Shown piece by piece: positions 8,949 to 18,673 of a DNA stretch of 64,000 nt. Each line of letters begins with the position of its first letter. The stretch's first letter is position 1. The position numbers were made by a program, and so were the translations under genes. Below the pieces are notes generated by a model. It ran no database searches and was not told where the DNA came from. It saw only the letters and a program-made list of their open reading frames with translations. This DNA is from Myxococcota bacterium. Lineage in GTDB: Bacteria; Myxococcota; XYA12-FULL-58-9; JABJBS01. The DNA lies in NCBI GenBank assembly GCA_036339465.1, contig JAYZAY010000067.1, forward strand, positions 1-64,000, written 5' to 3'.

Positions 8949-10259
8949 CTACGAACAAAACCTACGTTGTCGTCTCAAAAACAAAATAAGCCTCCCAAAG
9001 AAAAGAGACCAACACATCGACAGTGAAGACTGCCGACAGCCCCCCGTCGCTAAATCCCCAATCCCATGGGACCCAGCTTCCCCCGTGTTTTCATCGGGTT
9101 TCACAGCAGATACAGATTCATCAGTCGTCGCAGCCTCCGAATTCCCTAAATGCTCTTGGGGTAAACACCTAAACCGTCCCCCCGTTTTATCCCAACGGCA
9201 ATCCTCGAACTCTACGTCACACTCTTTATGTTGGAGGGTCCCTCCCTCACACCACTTCAAATGGTCTCCCACACACGTCCCTCTAAAATCAACCTGACCA
9301 CAACCTTTCGGTAAACAACCATTCCCCTGTTCAAGCCCAATCCAGCCGCAGCTCCGATTGGTTTCGTGACACCTTTCCACTGAAATCTGACCATTTTGAC
9401 AAGACCGATATTGAGAGCCAACGCAAACACCCTCGGGCGCCAAGTCGGAGGGACACGGTCGAATCGGACCGGTCTCTCGAGTTTCAAGAAGCACAGTAGA
9501 CAACCAGCCTGAAACGGAACTCAAAGGCACGAGAAAATCTCGGTCCACACATGATTCATCTCCCCATTCCTCGGTGCCGGCAATCACGATGGATTGAGAA
9601 GCAGGATCCCGAATCAGTAGAGGCCCTCCAGAATCACCGTAGCATAGCCCTTGTTCCCCAAAACCATTCACCTCAATTGTCTGCTCGGAAACCCCTGTAA
9701 TCTGTACAGAGGCAAAGAACAAACCACGCTCATCCGTTTGAGTCGCACCGAAACCGGCCACATCGACACTCTGTGCAATCCACTCATCGGGGTCTAAGGC
9801 ATCCCGCAAATAATCGAAAGCCTTGAAGCTATAGTTGTTTTGAACTTCGCCCCCCCTAAGAATCTCGCTTTCCGTAATCAAGACGACAAAGTCCCGGTCT
9901 GGATGAACTTTCCATTTATCTATATCAAACCTAAAATCCGGAGCGGCTGGATTCTCACCAAAACCAATAAAGAGGTCTTCAACCCCAACATTCGCAACAC
10001 AATGAGCCGCCGTCACCACATGTCGAGGCCCCACAATGGAGACCGTACAATATTCTTCGCCATCTCTCTTTTCAGCCAAAAAACCAATAGAGCGTTTTTC
10101 CTCGACCTCTAGCTCGAGATGAAGGGGCAACCGCTGCCCATTTACAATGCGAAATGTTTTTTGACCGGAACTCGGCTGCAACAGCCCTATATCGGCTTCT
10201 CCAACGCATCCCCCACACGCGAACAGGGCAATTGCAATATAGTTAAGTCGCACAGTCAA
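8949..10259 (-). CDS. Exported trypsin-like (S1) serine protease with two Cys-rich repeats and a MYXO-CTERM-like tail
   Basis: IVNG mature N-terminus, TAAHC, GDSGGP; N-terminal lipobox-like ACGGC; C-terminal GGC-hydrophobic-RRQRR. Confidence 0.9.
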   Translation of the reverse strand: MTVRLNYIAIALFACGGCVGEADIGLLQPSSGQKTFRIVNGQRLPLHLELEVEEKRSIGFLAEKRDGEEYCTVSIVGPRHVVTAAHCVANVGVEDLFIGFGENPAAPDFRFDIDKWKVHPDRDFVVLITESEILRGGEVQNNYSFKAFDYLRDALDPDEWIAQSVDVAGFGATQTDERGLFFASVQITGVSEQTIEVNGFGEQGLCYGDSGGPLLIRDPASQSIVIAGTEEWGDESCVDRDFLVPLSSVSGWLSTVLLETRETGPIRPCPSDLAPEGVCVGSQYRSCQNGQISVERCHETNRSCGWIGLEQGNGCLPKGCGQVDFRGTCVGDHLKWCEGGTLQHKECDVEFEDCRWDKTGGRFRCLPQEHLGNSEAATTDESVSAVKPDENTGEAGSHGIGDLATGGCRQSSLSMCWSLFFGRLILFLRRQRRFCS

Positions 10260-10289
10260 GACCCTATTGAATTCCCGAAGGTTCAGACC

Positions 10290-13200
10290 CTATTCCAATG
10301 CCCCCGTCAAGAGTAGATGTGTCCCCGAAGAATCCCTTTCAAGGTCACCGTCTGTCAACTCCCACACTGTGCCCGCAGGAACAACCCCTTCTGCGGCCAA
10401 GCTTCCGAGATCAAAAGAAGGCAAGGGAATACTACCAATCGTACTTGTTAAGAGGCGGGGCAAAATTAATTGCATCGCTTTCGCCAATAAATCACTCATT
10501 GGGCCTTGATAACCTTCATCATCGATTGCGACCACTTCCACCGCAATGGTTGGTGATTCGTCCATAAGGAGTTCCAATGTATTCGTCGTGGGATCAATAT
10601 CTAAGCCAGCCGAACTGAGAAGCGTGATATAAGCCCCAACCCTAATCTGGTCGTCATGCTCATCGTCCGAACCGAGCAGAGGTCGAAAATTAATATCGGC
10701 CTCAACATAAAGGTCCCCCATCCCCAACTCAAACTCTAGCCCATCAGCACCAGGCATCATCACAGGGGGTAACGCTGGTTCGAGCTTCAATGAAGCGATA
10801 GCCGATAGCTCACTATCACCCTCGCCCACCGACGCTAAATATCCCACAAGATCGTCAAAACTAAGCCCCCCCCCGTACCAAAGAGACCAAAGGACCTGGT
10901 TCAAAAGGTCGTCTTTCAAAGCAATACCGAACTCGTAGTCGCTGGGAGCATTTGAAAAAGTTGGAGTCGCGCCCCCACGAATAAGGGGGCCTTTCGCAGT
11001 TTCTGGGATTTCATTTCCGCGGGCGCTTGGATGTACTTGAACCGCCAGCCCAATTTGTCCGTAACTATCCCCAAAACCCTCAGCAAAATTCAGCTTATCA
11101 AAGCTACTATTCAAATTTAGGGTCATGTCGATGGGAGAAGGAATATCGAATTGGCTTTGAAGCGCAAAATTGGTCAGAAAATCCTGGAGAATCGGAGCAA
11201 TATTGTCCGCGATCACGTCCTCCATAGCATCCTCAACCAATCCTTTTACCAATGGCATCACCACAGATGTGACCGCATCGCACAAAAATTGTAATGGACC
11301 ACAATCCAATTCAACATCCGGGCTCGTAGTGCTTACCTGAGTAGACTCAATAGCCACTTGCGGCTGCCCTGCGACCAGAGCCAGTTTAACAGTCGCATCC
11401 ACAGTAATCGATTCCGCCACCACATCCCCAGCCAACGACGTTTTAACGGGCCCCGCACCGGGGTTGACCCCAATACACGTCAGCACCGCCCCTATGGCCT
11501 TGATGGGGAACCGAAACTCATTGGTGTGAATCTTTATCCTGATCCCACCCTCAACAACGTCAATGAAATCGATAAAAGGTCCATCGACCGTAACCCGGCG
11601 ATTCGAATCAGGATGCCTACCAATCCAATACCCACTGTCGGAAGCGAATTCCCAGCCACAAGGCTGTGTCCGCCATGGATCCTCGGCAAAAGTTGCACCG
11701 GCGGGCGCTAGGTCGTCAAAATCCAGCTTCAAGAGAATCGCCTCCCCCAAACTCGCCAAGTCGTCATAGGGCGATGGGCGGTGACCATCGTCCCAAATCG
11801 GTTGATTCAAGTGGGCCACAATCCCCGAGGTCATCTTTGCCTCTTCGAGCGGTGTCACCGCCGCCGGCCCATAAGCGGGGCCCCGAAGATATGAATGGGC
11901 GTGAACCCGTCGATTTCCACAACTATCCGCCGTCTCGCCCGTAATCAAATTGACGCCCCACTGGCTCGATTGTTCCTGGTAGAAATACTCAGTCAACGAT
12001 GTTCCACCCACACTTTCTCTCTGATCATTGATGACGAGCGACTCGACCGGACTCAAAGCATCTTGAATAAAACCATCGAGCGCCACAGGGGACACGTCGT
12101 AATCTCCCTGCCGCAGCATCTCCGCGCGTAGGGGGGATGAAAAATGAAACTGTGGCGGTGTAGAATCCACTCGAAAAGACGTCGCATAGGGCACCAAATC
12201 AGCGTCAGGATGAGTTTCCCCCATAACCTCGATAAAAATATCGTAATCGGCTTCTTTGGTGAGTCGATACCGGTTGTGGCCTAAAGTCTCCAGCCCATCC
12301 TCGGGAATCGCTGTAACCTGAACAATCGCATCCTCAATCACATTGTCCCACTTGTCATAAACCACCCAGTTCAGGGGCAAGTCACGGTCCTGCCAATAAC
12401 AATCCTGGGCCAATGCATCCACTTCCCAACCAAAAGCACGCCCGGGTAAAACCTCAACCCAAGCAGGCGATTCATCCCCCGCCATGATCCCCTGCCCTGC
12501 ACAAAAAACGTAATATTCTCCCGCGGCCGTCTCATGAAATTCCATTCCTGACAGTGCCTCAACCTCCGCAGAGCGATTCGCCCCCCGAACCATCACCCTA
12601 GGACTCACTCCGGTGACCGGATTGCCAAAAGCATCAAAGAATTCACAACTTACCGCAATATTTGAATCAGGAGTGGTTGTCGTTCGTTCAACCGTGGTCT
12701 CAGAGATTGTCGGCTCCCCTGTCAAAACCTCAAATGTTGCGGCAATCAATTCAGGGCTGAGATCATTCACCCCACAAACCACATCGTAGGTTCCAACTCG
12801 ACGCCCTTCCAGGGAAAAGTGGTTCACAGTACCAACACTGACCTCAACACCGCCGCTGGGAGAAACACTTAACGTCAGCCATCGTGAAGGGATTTCCACC
12901 GGATTATCGAAAACATCCGTAGCGATACAATCGGCCCCTGCTAAAACACCGGCTTGTTCTGAAGACTTTGTGACTGCCGCCTTTAAAAAAGCCACTCCCC
13001 CAGAAATTACTTCAATTTCCACGGGAAACGGATCGACGAACTCAGCTTCTTCAATGACACAAGCAAGTTCGTAATTCCCCACCTTGGTGGGAGCAATGCG
13101 AAAACTCCTGTTATCGATATTTTCGATCGCAAGTGCCGGACTCGAACGTAGGGCTAAAGTGGGCCAAGCCACGTCGCTCTCGTCGGGATCATTCAAATCA

Positions 13201-13388
13201 CATCGGACTTCCAAAGTTTCCCCTGCCATGAGTTTTTTGCCATCAACATACGTATCGATGACCCACGCCACATCGGCTGGCGTTAATTCGTTTTCCACCG
13301 ATAAAGGTTTTGAGCGACTACAAGCCGCCGACAAAACAACAGTACACACCAACAAAAGTAATAAACGAGCGGGAAAACGTACGATCAT
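10290..13388 (-). CDS. Large lipoprotein with Ig-like repeats and a probable BPI/LBP-like C-terminal module
   Basis: Lipobox LSAAC; repeated DxFxNPV and GxYxxxC Ig-like motifs; C-terminal GIVAHLNQ and LKDDLLNQVLWSLW segments. Confidence 0.7.
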   Translation of the reverse strand: MIVRFPARLLLLLVCTVVLSAACSRSKPLSVENELTPADVAWVIDTYVDGKKLMAGETLEVRCDLNDPDESDVAWPTLALRSSPALAIENIDNRSFRIAPTKVGNYELACVIEEAEFVDPFPVEIEVISGGVAFLKAAVTKSSEQAGVLAGADCIATDVFDNPVEIPSRWLTLSVSPSGGVEVSVGTVNHFSLEGRRVGTYDVVCGVNDLSPELIAATFEVLTGEPTISETTVERTTTTPDSNIAVSCEFFDAFGNPVTGVSPRVMVRGANRSAEVEALSGMEFHETAAGEYYVFCAGQGIMAGDESPAWVEVLPGRAFGWEVDALAQDCYWQDRDLPLNWVVYDKWDNVIEDAIVQVTAIPEDGLETLGHNRYRLTKEADYDIFIEVMGETHPDADLVPYATSFRVDSTPPQFHFSSPLRAEMLRQGDYDVSPVALDGFIQDALSPVESLVINDQRESVGGTSLTEYFYQEQSSQWGVNLITGETADSCGNRRVHAHSYLRGPAYGPAAVTPLEEAKMTSGIVAHLNQPIWDDGHRPSPYDDLASLGEAILLKLDFDDLAPAGATFAEDPWRTQPCGWEFASDSGYWIGRHPDSNRRVTVDGPFIDFIDVVEGGIRIKIHTNEFRFPIKAIGAVLTCIGVNPGAGPVKTSLAGDVVAESITVDATVKLALVAGQPQVAIESTQVSTTSPDVELDCGPLQFLCDAVTSVVMPLVKGLVEDAMEDVIADNIAPILQDFLTNFALQSQFDIPSPIDMTLNLNSSFDKLNFAEGFGDSYGQIGLAVQVHPSARGNEIPETAKGPLIRGGATPTFSNAPSDYEFGIALKDDLLNQVLWSLWYGGGLSFDDLVGYLASVGEGDSELSAIASLKLEPALPPVMMPGADGLEFELGMGDLYVEADINFRPLLGSDDEHDDQIRVGAYITLLSSAGLDIDPTTNTLELLMDESPTIAVEVVAIDDEGYQGPMSDLLAKAMQLILPRLLTSTIGSIPLPSFDLGSLAAEGVVPAGTVWELTDGDLERDSSGTHLLLTGALE

Positions 13389-13509
13389 GCCAGGAAGTCT
13401 AGAGTAAAAAACCAGGCATAGCATGGCGCAACGCATCATATTTTGCCAATTCCTTGACCTTCGTCACAAGACAGGGTGTATCTGTGATCGCGTTTCTTAC
13501 GAGTGAGTT

Positions 13510-14727
13510 ATGGAAGAATATTTTGGTGATTATCGATTGATTGAGCGTATCGGCATCGGCGGAATGGCCGAGGTATTTCTCGCTCGACGTTCCGGGGTGG
13601 CTGGCTTCGAGAAGGAAATCGTTATCAAGCGAATTCGGCCGCATTTGAATGAGCAAAAATCCTTCGTCAATATGTTTTTAGGCGAAGCAAAACTCGCCAC
13701 ACAACTAACTCATCCGAATATCGTCCAGATATACGATCTTGGTCGCATTGATAATTCATATTTCATTGCCATGGAGTATATCCCAGGACGAGATATGTCC
13801 GCGATTATTCCCAAAACTAAATCTAACAATGTTCCATTCCCCGTCGAATACGTACTCAAAATTGCAAGCTCGCTGTGTGAAGCGCTTCACTACGCACACA
13901 ACAAAAAAGATATTGTGGGAAATTCACTCGAAATTGTACACCGGGATGTTTCCCCCGAAAATATACGAATAGCGTGGACAGGGACGGTAAAAATTCTCGA
14001 TTTTGGGATCGCAAAAGCTGCAACTCAAGTACACGAAACAAAAGTCGGCGAGATTAAAGGTAAACTTTGTTACATGTCCCCAGAGCAAGTTCTGGGACAA
14101 GATGTCGATTCACGCTCCGATATCTTTGCTCTCGGTTGCGTCATGTACGAAGCAATTACCGGCTTCAAATTGTACTCCGGAAACAATGATCTGGAAATAA
14201 TGAATAAGATCATCGATGGCAAAGTGTACCCTCCCAGCTATTTTCGTAACGATGTGCCAGAAGAAGTAGAACGCATCATCATGAAAGCGTTGGCAAAAGA
14301 ACGAAGAAAACGTTTCCAAAGTGCTTTTGAGATGCAATTGACCATAGATAAGTTTTTGACCACAAACGAATTCACTCCATCGAGTATTCATCTCGCCAAT
14401 TTTCTCAAACAGCAATTCCAAGCTGAACTCGATGCCGAACATACCCGCCGGCGCAATCAGCCTTTGAGCCCCAGCCCTACGAGGACCCCACCGCCATTTC
14501 GCCCGAGAGACTACGCCATGTCTTCTGCCAACAATGATCAAGAAAACAGAGAATTTACTGATCTCATTGACACCAAACAAATTTCGGGACCACTAAAACA
14601 ACTCTCAATCAATCTCCCTGCACCACTTCTTCACAAACTGGACAAACTGGCCAAGCATCATGAACAACCACTGGAAGATTTGATAACAAACTTACTTCGA
14701 GATTGGGCAAAATATTTACCGGACTAA
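13510..14727 (+). CDS. Hanks-type Ser/Thr kinase with C-terminal ribbon-helix-helix-like domain
   Basis: GIGGMAEV, VIKRI, HRDVSPEN, DFG, YMSPEQ, SDIFALG; no TM; tail KQLSINLPAPLLHKLDKLAK. Confidence 0.93.
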   Translation: MEEYFGDYRLIERIGIGGMAEVFLARRSGVAGFEKEIVIKRIRPHLNEQKSFVNMFLGEAKLATQLTHPNIVQIYDLGRIDNSYFIAMEYIPGRDMSAIIPKTKSNNVPFPVEYVLKIASSLCEALHYAHNKKDIVGNSLEIVHRDVSPENIRIAWTGTVKILDFGIAKAATQVHETKVGEIKGKLCYMSPEQVLGQDVDSRSDIFALGCVMYEAITGFKLYSGNNDLEIMNKIIDGKVYPPSYFRNDVPEEVERIIMKALAKERRKRFQSAFEMQLTIDKFLTTNEFTPSSIHLANFLKQQFQAELDAEHTRRRNQPLSPSPTRTPPPFRPRDYAMSSANNDQENREFTDLIDTKQISGPLKQLSINLPAPLLHKLDKLAKHHEQPLEDLITNLLRDWAKYLPD

Positions 14728-15483
14728 GCCCGCCACCAAGGAGTGGATATCCCCAACTGAAACGATCCTATTCTCGAAACTGGCATCAAACGCTGCAGCC
14801 ACCAACGCAGATGCAAGTTGATCGCTCGTCAGGGAGCGATAGCTCCCTAAGCCCTGGAAACCAATCTTGGCCATACCAGAGAACAAACAATCTCCAAGTT
14901 TTCCCGCCATCCGTTCAGCTGGGCGCGATTCAATTCGGTCATCTCCAGTAATCACGGCCGGACGAAAAATTGAGTACGGGATGGGAGACTTCATCAAGTT
15001 TGCCTCCAAGTTCCAACGCGCCCCCAAATACTTCCCTCTCGCTCCCCCCCCAACACCATGCGAAGACAGATAGACAAAGCGCTTTAGCCCCTCGGAATTC
15101 AAAGCTAACTCCAACACCAATTGGGTTAACCCATAATCAACTGCATCATAAGAAAAATGCGCCGGATCAGCTCCGCAAGCTTTAGCCTCCCGTTGCCTAC
15201 TCTTGGTCGTCCCCAATAAGGTAAAAATGACCTGAGGCCGCACATCCCCTAGGAGTGCTTCAAGTTCCATACGACGCCAAGGCGTCACTGAAATGGCCGC
15301 TCCTTGCTTCGTGAATTGGTTTTCTAGGCGACCGCGCGACTTCGATTCAGGACGAATATGCGCCACAACACTCAAACCTCTGGCACAAAGATGCCGGACC
15401 ACCGCCTCACCGGTGTAACCTGTTGCTCCAAAAACGAGGGCATCCCAGTGTTGGTCTGAAACTTTTTGACTTTCCCCCGCCAT
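14716..15483 (-). CDS. Atypical SDR / NAD(P)H-binding protein
   Basis: GATGYTG Rossmann motif, LGTT, VDY, FVYLSS, FRPAVI. Confidence 0.85.
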   Translation of the reverse strand: MAGESQKVSDQHWDALVFGATGYTGEAVVRHLCARGLSVVAHIRPESKSRGRLENQFTKQGAAISVTPWRRMELEALLGDVRPQVIFTLLGTTKSRQREAKACGADPAHFSYDAVDYGLTQLVLELALNSEGLKRFVYLSSHGVGGGARGKYLGARWNLEANLMKSPIPYSIFRPAVITGDDRIESRPAERMAGKLGDCLFSGMAKIGFQGLGSYRSLTSDQLASALVAAAFDASFENRIVSVGDIHSLVAGLVR

Positions 15484-15492
15484 GGCTCACAC

Positions 15493-16539
15493 TCAACGAG
15501 GTATTTGGCGGCGGTCGCCACCTTGTCGTTTTAGAAGCTGTTCCAGACGAGTAATCGGATCGTAGGTATCCACGGCATCAAGCTTATGTTCTGCAAGCCA
15601 GGTAGAGTAATCTAACAATAGGGCTGCAACCTTCTGCCAAGCCGGCAGAGGCGTATAGTCAGAGGCGAACATGGGTGCCAACTCCATCAATTCGGGACCA
15701 CCAACCGCAAATCCCTCTAGAGCAGCTACGAGAATACGTTGCTTCCTCTGATTTCGACGGCCGAAAATATTTCGCGAACGCATTTGAACACCAAAAAATA
15801 GCGATAGCCACACTTTATAGGCCCCAGCAATTTTTAGCATGGGCGAAATCTCGTCGATTTGGGCAAGACATACCTCAAACCTCAACACATCACTTCGACG
15901 GGATATCAGAAAACCACCCGATGGCCGCTCCAAAGGGGCCCAGAAATTGTCGCCCAGAAACTCCTGTAAACAATGAAGAAGTTTTTGATAGACGACTTTA
16001 CGCTCGGCGCCTCGCCCTGAAGCACCATCAAAAGAATGGGCTGGCTCCGCTATCTCATCTAGGGAAGGCTCATCGAGACCTTCATCAGCATCGACCTCTA
16101 TTTCCTGCTCTACCAGGACTGAAAGTTCACCGGTTTGCTCATGCGCTCTGGGTGATTCCTGCTCACCCGTGACAAAACGGCTATCTAGCAGCCCAACCGC
16201 ACGCGAAAAATCACGATAAAGCCTGGAGACTCCCTCTTCTTCTGGGAGCCACCTATGAGCCCAGGCCTCGTGCAGGGCGCGCAAATAAAACGGAGCCTGC
16301 TCATACAACCTTTCGTCGAAACCCTGGACCCCAAATTTGGCGAGAGAAAATACGATCAGGGCTTCACTCCAACCACGGTGATGATCGTTTAACTCTCTCA
16401 AATGGTTCCAGTATTTTAAGAGCGTGCTCACATCCGGGGCGTCTTGTTGGAAGCATAAAATCATCAGCTCACGACTATCGAGGGTCGTGAGCTTTTCATC
16501 CAAATAACCCCCGTGGAATTCTTCATTGTCTCCCATCAT
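15493..16539 (-). CDS. Hypothetical protein translationally coupled to the Rrf2 gene
   Basis: 348-aa ORF with 4-nt overlap at 16536-16539; no recognised family. Confidence 0.7.
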   Translation of the reverse strand: MMGDNEEFHGGYLDEKLTTLDSRELMILCFQQDAPDVSTLLKYWNHLRELNDHHRGWSEALIVFSLAKFGVQGFDERLYEQAPFYLRALHEAWAHRWLPEEEGVSRLYRDFSRAVGLLDSRFVTGEQESPRAHEQTGELSVLVEQEIEVDADEGLDEPSLDEIAEPAHSFDGASGRGAERKVVYQKLLHCLQEFLGDNFWAPLERPSGGFLISRRSDVLRFEVCLAQIDEISPMLKIAGAYKVWLSLFFGVQMRSRNIFGRRNQRKQRILVAALEGFAVGGPELMELAPMFASDYTPLPAWQKVAALLLDYSTWLAEHKLDAVDTYDPITRLEQLLKRQGGDRRQIPR

Positions 16540-16979
16540 AGACTCGGCTCCGCCAAATCTCGGTGCTCTCGGGTCAATTCAGCTAAAGTCGTTTCCATCA
16601 AACTTCCCCTCATATCCTCAGAAGCCTTCGCCCAACGTTTGCGGATAACACAAGCAGCAAAAATCCGACAAGGCTGCTCCATCTCTCCCCTAGAAAATTT
16701 GCAATCCATCTTCTCAGGAGGCCCTTCAAGGGCCTCGATCACCTCACACATCGAGATAGTGGCTGCATCACGCTCAAGAAGATAGCCACCATGAGGTCCC
16801 CTCACACTTTTTACAAGCCCGGCTGTCCGAAGCGTCACCAGCAGCTGTCTCAGATAGTCTTCAGGAATCTGCTGTTGTTGCGCGATAGCATGAATTTGAA
16901 CAGGCTTAGCCCCTTCAGACATCGAAGCCAGATAAACCAACGCCCGTAAGCCATAATCACCTCTAGAGCCAACCTTCAT
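16536..16979 (-). CDS. Rrf2-family transcriptional regulator (IscR/NsrR-like, three Cys)
   Basis: DYGLRAL, YLRQLL, LVKSVRGPHGGY; C-terminal C-x10-C-x5-C. Confidence 0.93.
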   Translation of the reverse strand: MKVGSRGDYGLRALVYLASMSEGAKPVQIHAIAQQQQIPEDYLRQLLVTLRTAGLVKSVRGPHGGYLLERDAATISMCEVIEALEGPPEKMDCKFSRGEMEQPCRIFAACVIRKRWAKASEDMRGSLMETTLAELTREHRDLAEPSL

Positions 16980-17611
16980 ATCCGTAGAATTTTACGGTCC
17001 ATAGCGCTGATAGTCAAACCCTCTCTTCCATGAGCACAGGGCTATCGCGTTCGAACGGGCGCCCATGGCTTAGACAATCAGAGTGCCAAGGTTAATCGAA
17101 ACTCCACCAAGCTATTTTTCGGGTGTTTTTCAGCCCGAGCCTCCCAGGTCCACGTGAACCAACCTCCTGACGAGGAATACCGCGAGGCATATCCAAAGAC
17201 TCAGCCAGCCAATCCCCATGGAGTTCGCGGAACCACTGCATGGATGGTGCCTCACCCGCACCTTAGTAAGCGGCGCGAAAAGGGCTGCAAATAACCACGA
17301 GAAAAAGCGGGGCACCAAACCGCTAGACTAAATGTCGACCTTCTAAAACACTGAATTGCTAGGAGAAAACTTCACGTGTCATTGACAAGTTCTCAGGATA
17401 GCCATCTTACCCTTGGAGCTCTTTTTCTGCCCATTCCCTGTTTCGAACAACGCCCCCAAACCAAGTCCGCTGCTAGGACTCGAGCGTCCTTTCCACGGGC
17501 CTCTGCCGCTTTCTTGCCTCCATCATAAAACCCTTTAAAATTGGCGATAACCTTTTCAACAATCATATAAGACTCTTGAAAAGATTATCGCCGACGAAAG
17601 GGAATAGAGTC

Positions 17612-18673
17612 ATGGCACGGGAACAGCGTTGTCTCGGGGTGGATATCCGCTCATCAGGAATTCGGGCCTGTCACCTGCAGTCTCGTCGAGGTTTGCTTTA
17701 TCTCGATAAGTTTGGCTCGATAACGCTACCGGACTCTGCCGTCACCGACGGCGCCATCCAAGATATCGATACAGTGGCCGATGCCCTAAAAGAGGTCCTC
17801 GCAGCAAACAATATCCAGCAGAAACGAACCGCTTTCTCCGTGTCCGGGACTCGTGTAATCATCAAAAAGATAAGCATCCCCACAATGTCGCAATCTGAAC
17901 TGGAAAACTCCATCCGCTGGGAAGCCGAGCAGTTCATTCCTTTCGACTTAAATGAGATCTACTTGACCGCCTCTTTTCTCGACAAAAACCGAACTCCCGG
18001 CAGCCAGACCAACGTAGCCTTGGTCGCTGCAAAAAAGGAAGTGGTAGATTCTTATCAAGAAGTCCTCAGAAAATGCGGCCTAGAACCGATGATATGCGAC
18101 GTCGATGCATTCTCATTAGAAACCATGTTCCTAGAGAACTATGACCTTCGGCCGGGTCAAAAAGTGGCCCTTGTGCAGATAAATCGCGACCGTACGACCT
18201 TGAATATCCTCAATGACGGAATCAGCGACTTTACCCGCGACATCACCATTGGCTTTTCCGCGTTCATCAATAATTTAAAAACGCAACTGGGCATAACCTC
18301 CGAACAAGCCCTTCAGACTTTTCAAGCCGCCTGTTCAAATGAAGCACAAACATCGGCGCAATTGCCCCCCAACGTAAAAAAGGTTCTGCAGAGTAGCGTA
18401 GACTCGATTGCGACAGAGCTCCAGCGCTCCATAGATTTCTACACCAATACCAACTCGGAAAACCAACCCGGTCAAATTTTCCTTATGGGTTACCCATCAA
18501 AACTTGACATCTTACAAAAGAAAATTCATACCCAACTTGGATCTGAAGTTGCCATCGTCAATCCATTCAGACGTATTATTACGGATGACCACGATGAGAC
18601 TCTGTTAACTCAAGAAGCTCCCGGTGCCGCTATCTCTGTAGGGCTTGCATTACGTTATCCTGGAGACTGCTGA
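17612..18673 (+). CDS. pilM: Type IV pilus assembly protein PilM
   Basis: LGVDI, IRWEAEQFIPF, LVAAKKE, DVDAF, VGLALR; first gene of the MNOPQ cluster. Confidence 0.93.
   Translation: MAREQRCLGVDIRSSGIRACHLQSRRGLLYLDKFGSITLPDSAVTDGAIQDIDTVADALKEVLAANNIQQKRTAFSVSGTRVIIKKISIPTMSQSELENSIRWEAEQFIPFDLNEIYLTASFLDKNRTPGSQTNVALVAAKKEVVDSYQEVLRKCGLEPMICDVDAFSLETMFLENYDLRPGQKVALVQINRDRTTLNILNDGISDFTRDITIGFSAFINNLKTQLGITSEQALQTFQAACSNEAQTSAQLPPNVKKVLQSSVDSIATELQRSIDFYTNTNSENQPGQIFLMGYPSKLDILQKKIHTQLGSEVAIVNPFRRIITDDHDETLLTQEAPGAAISVGLALRYPGDC

Noticed and set aside
15493..15520. PilZ domain from the terminal DRRQIPR motif
   Set aside because: The protein ends there, so no beta-barrel follows.
17085..17110. 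tmRNA or tRNA 3' end (TCCACCA)
   Set aside because: No T-loop or acceptor-stem partner.
17165..17205. Hammerhead ribozyme or GEMM riboswitch before pilM
   Set aside because: CTGACGA plus a stem is present but the required GAAA is missing; the GEMM core motifs are not matched.
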